Positions 60,715-64,000 of a DNA stretch of 64,000 bases are shown here, piece after piece. Both the position numbers and the translations under genes were made by a program. How positions within the stretch are numbered: position 1 is the stretch's first letter; every line of letters starts with the position of its first letter. Below the pieces are notes generated by a model, which worked only from the letters and a program-made list of their open reading frames with translations, had not been told where the DNA came from and did not search any database. This stretch comes from an uncultured Acidimicrobiales bacterium. GTDB taxonomy: Bacteria; Actinomycetota; Acidimicrobiia; Acidimicrobiales; VFJN01. The stretch is from contig CAVTKS010000006.1 of the NCBI GenBank assembly GCA_963735375.1, positions 1,343,099 to 1,407,098 on the forward strand, given 5' to 3'.

Positions 60715-61999
60715 CGTGCCGCCCCCGCCGTCGGCGTCCCGCTGCGCCGGGCGACTGCCCGGCGCAAGGCAGAGATCGCCGCGGCGACGCCGTCGCCCGC
60801 CACCAGTGCGGTGGGCACGCCCGCTCGTTCGAGCCTGTGCCGCTCGACGTCGACCTCGGCGCGCCACAGGCGCTGCGCCGCGGCGTCGACGATGTCGACC
60901 GGCGGCGGCACCAGGTCGCTCGTGTCGACGACCAGCGCGGCCGTGGTGTGCCCGGCGTGCGCGTGGTGCACGAGCTGGCGGATGACGGTCGGCGACCTCA
61001 GGCTGGTCACGCCCACGACCAGCGCCTCGGCCGGCACGACGACGCGGGCGCGCGGCCGGGTGACGCGGCGGTCCTCGGCGGCGCCGCCGACCGCGAGCAG
61101 CTCGTCGAGGAGCAGCCAGCGGGCCCGGCGACCGGCGGTCGGCGGCAGCCAGGCCGTCGTGCGCCCGTCGGCGACCAGCCCGACGCGGTCCTGCGCCCGC
61201 AGGTGCACCTCGGCCACGGCCCACGCGGCGCGGGCGGCGCGGGCCAGCGCCTCGGCCGCTGAGGCGCTGCCGTCGATCGAGGCGTCGAGCAGGAGCACCA
61301 CCGTGCCGGTGCGCTCTGGGTGGCGGACGATGACCCACGGCTCTCCCGTACGGGCGGAGGCCGACCACGACAGGTCGCGCAAGCGGTCGCCGGGTACGTA
61401 CGGGCGGAGCTCGGCGAGGTCAGTGCCCGGCCCGCGCACGCGTGCCAGGTGGGCGCCCGCCACGGCGCGTGGCTCGGGCGGCTGGAGCAGGGCGTCGAGG
61501 TGGAGCGGGCGTGGCAACACCCGCACGGTGGGCCCGGGTGCGACCGCCGATTCCCACACGACGAGGCCCCCCGGCCGGCGGGCGCGGACGTGGACCGTGC
61601 CCAGCTCGTGGCGACCCCACGTCTCGGCGCGCAGCCGGAACGCGAGGGCGACCGGACCGGTCATGGCGGGCAGGGACCATCCGAGTGCGGGCGCCGGCTC
61701 GACCACGGACACACCGGGGAGCCGGTCGATGATCACGTCGAGCTCGGCCTCGCCGTCCCAGTCGACCGTGACGGAGCCCGTGATCTCGTCGCCCTCGAGC
61801 GCCCGCGACGCCGTCACGGCGACCGAGGCCCGCACCCGCGGCGGCCGGCGGTCGGCGAGCCCGATCAGGGCGAGGGCCGCGAACGGCGCGCCGACGGCGG
61901 CCAGCTCGGCCCGGCCCGCCACGATCGCCGCCACGAGCGAGGCGCAGCCGGCGACCAGGTAGGCAACGAGGCGAGGATCGGCCCGGCCCGCAGGTGCGC

Positions 62000-62003
<4 letters not shown>
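60711..62003 (-). CDS. DUF58-domain protein (vWA-like partner of MoxR)
   Basis: GTG 62003 overlaps the MoxR stop (GTGA), in the frame of ORF 60711-63338. Contains LRPYVPGDRLRDLSW and VVLLLD, typical of DUF58. Confidence 0.85.
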
Positions 62004-63096
<1,093 letters not shown>

Positions 63097-63100
<4 letters not shown>

Positions 63101-63693
63101 GGAGCTCCTGGTGACGACGGCGGCCGGTCGAGCTCGTCGAGTACGGCGTGGACGGTGGTGGCGATCTCCTCGGCCGAGGCCTCCCGGCGCGGAGGTGGTG
63201 TCCGGCCGGCGGGTCGCCGCATCGCACGGTCGGCGGTGATAGCGGTGAGTGCCTGGGGCGAGAGTCGGGCGCGCACGGCGGCGGCGTGGTCCGGATCCGC
63301 CACGTCGAGTCCCTCGCGGGCGAGCGCAGTGGTGACAACGGTCGTCAGCCTGCGTGCGGCGAGCGCGGAGAGCGGGGCGAGGTCGGCGCGCACGATCCCG
63401 TATCCGATGTCGCCGCGGACGCGACCGAGGCTCGCCGGCTGGTCACGGTGGAAGCGCCGGGAAGGGGCGGTCGACTCGAACGGCGAGGGGGGCCTGGTGT
63501 GATCCGCGGGCGCGGCGTCGATGCCGTGGAGGCCGACGATGGTCGCCGCCACGAGCGCGACGATCGCCACGGTGGCGACGAGCACGCGCGCCACACTCAC
63601 CGCGTGCTGGGGCCAGACGATCATCGCCGCCCCGGCCACGACGACGGCGCCGGCAGCGATCGACAGGGCCGAGGCGCCAGGGGTGACGCTCAT
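63097..63693 (-). CDS. membrane protein of unknown function (2 TM), directly upstream of MoxR
   Basis: 198-aa ORF with 4-bp overlaps to both neighbours. Confidence 0.6.
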
Positions 63694-64000
63694 GGCGTCA
63701 CCGTCCGTGCCCGTTCCTGCGCCTGCCGCCTCGGCTGGGCGTCCCGCAGGTCGGCCAGCGCCTGCCGGAGCGCGGCGCTGGCGTCGTCGCGGTGGGCGGT
63801 GGTGACGGGGTGCTGGCTGAACCGGGCGAGGACGAACAGCTCGGCCAGGCGGTGGAGCGGCTCGGATCGCACGCCCAACGGGGTGAGGACGCGGTCGAGG
63901 TGCTCGTGGGGCGCTTCCTGCGTCCGGCGCCCTGCCCCGGCATCGGCCAGTGCGGCCAGCAACCGGGCGTACGCGTCGCTGATGGCGTCGCGGGGCGAGC
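63690..64000 (-). CDS. DUF4129-like protein, C-terminal part (gene continues beyond the right edge)
   Basis: The frame stays open from 64000 (SPRDAISDAYARLLAALADAG...TPLGV...LAELFVLARFSQHPVT). This pattern is typical of DUF4129 C-termini upstream of MoxR/DUF58 operons. Confidence 0.6.
   Translation of the reverse strand, partial: SPRDAISDAYARLLAALADAGAGRRTQEAPHEHLDRVLTPLGVRSEPLHRLAELFVLARFSQHPVTTAHRDDASAALRQALADLRDAQPRRQAQERARTVTP

Overview
High-GC (about 70%) actinobacterial-type chromosomal segment, densely coded and mostly housekeeping. Recognisable core genes are secA, prfB, ftsEX, tmRNA (ssrA) with smpB 5 kb away, bioA-bioF-bioD, mec-cysM, rph-rdgB, aconitase, clpP, rpe, infA and cspA. 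Between them sit accessory modules. These include a two-component system facing two paralogous secreted proteins, a TetR/MFS pair, and a P450/EamA pair. There is also a VapBC pair abutting the tmRNA 3' end, a stand-alone LigD polymerase-domain gene, and a 789-aa M23 + FG-GAP-like + GH19-like wall hydrolase. Further on lie an ECF sigma cluster followed by a PEP-utilising enzyme coupled to two small envelope proteins, a DUF1800/DUF1501 pair, a WYL regulator/SDR pair, and a DUF4129-like/MoxR/DUF58 operon cut by the right edge. I found no rRNA, CRISPR array, transposase or prophage. Three observations deserve a second look. (1) One otherwise canonical tRNA (39344-39417, minus) folds only with an 8-nt anticodon loop. 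(2) Four otherwise intact genes are each broken by a single-base frameshift, which means either indel errors in the assembly or real decay. (3) A frameshifted AbiEi-like/DUF559 gene is bracketed by two copies of a ~60-nt palindromic element. Family calls rest on motif recognition by eye, with no database search. The many long antisense ORFs in the track are treated as GC-content artefacts.
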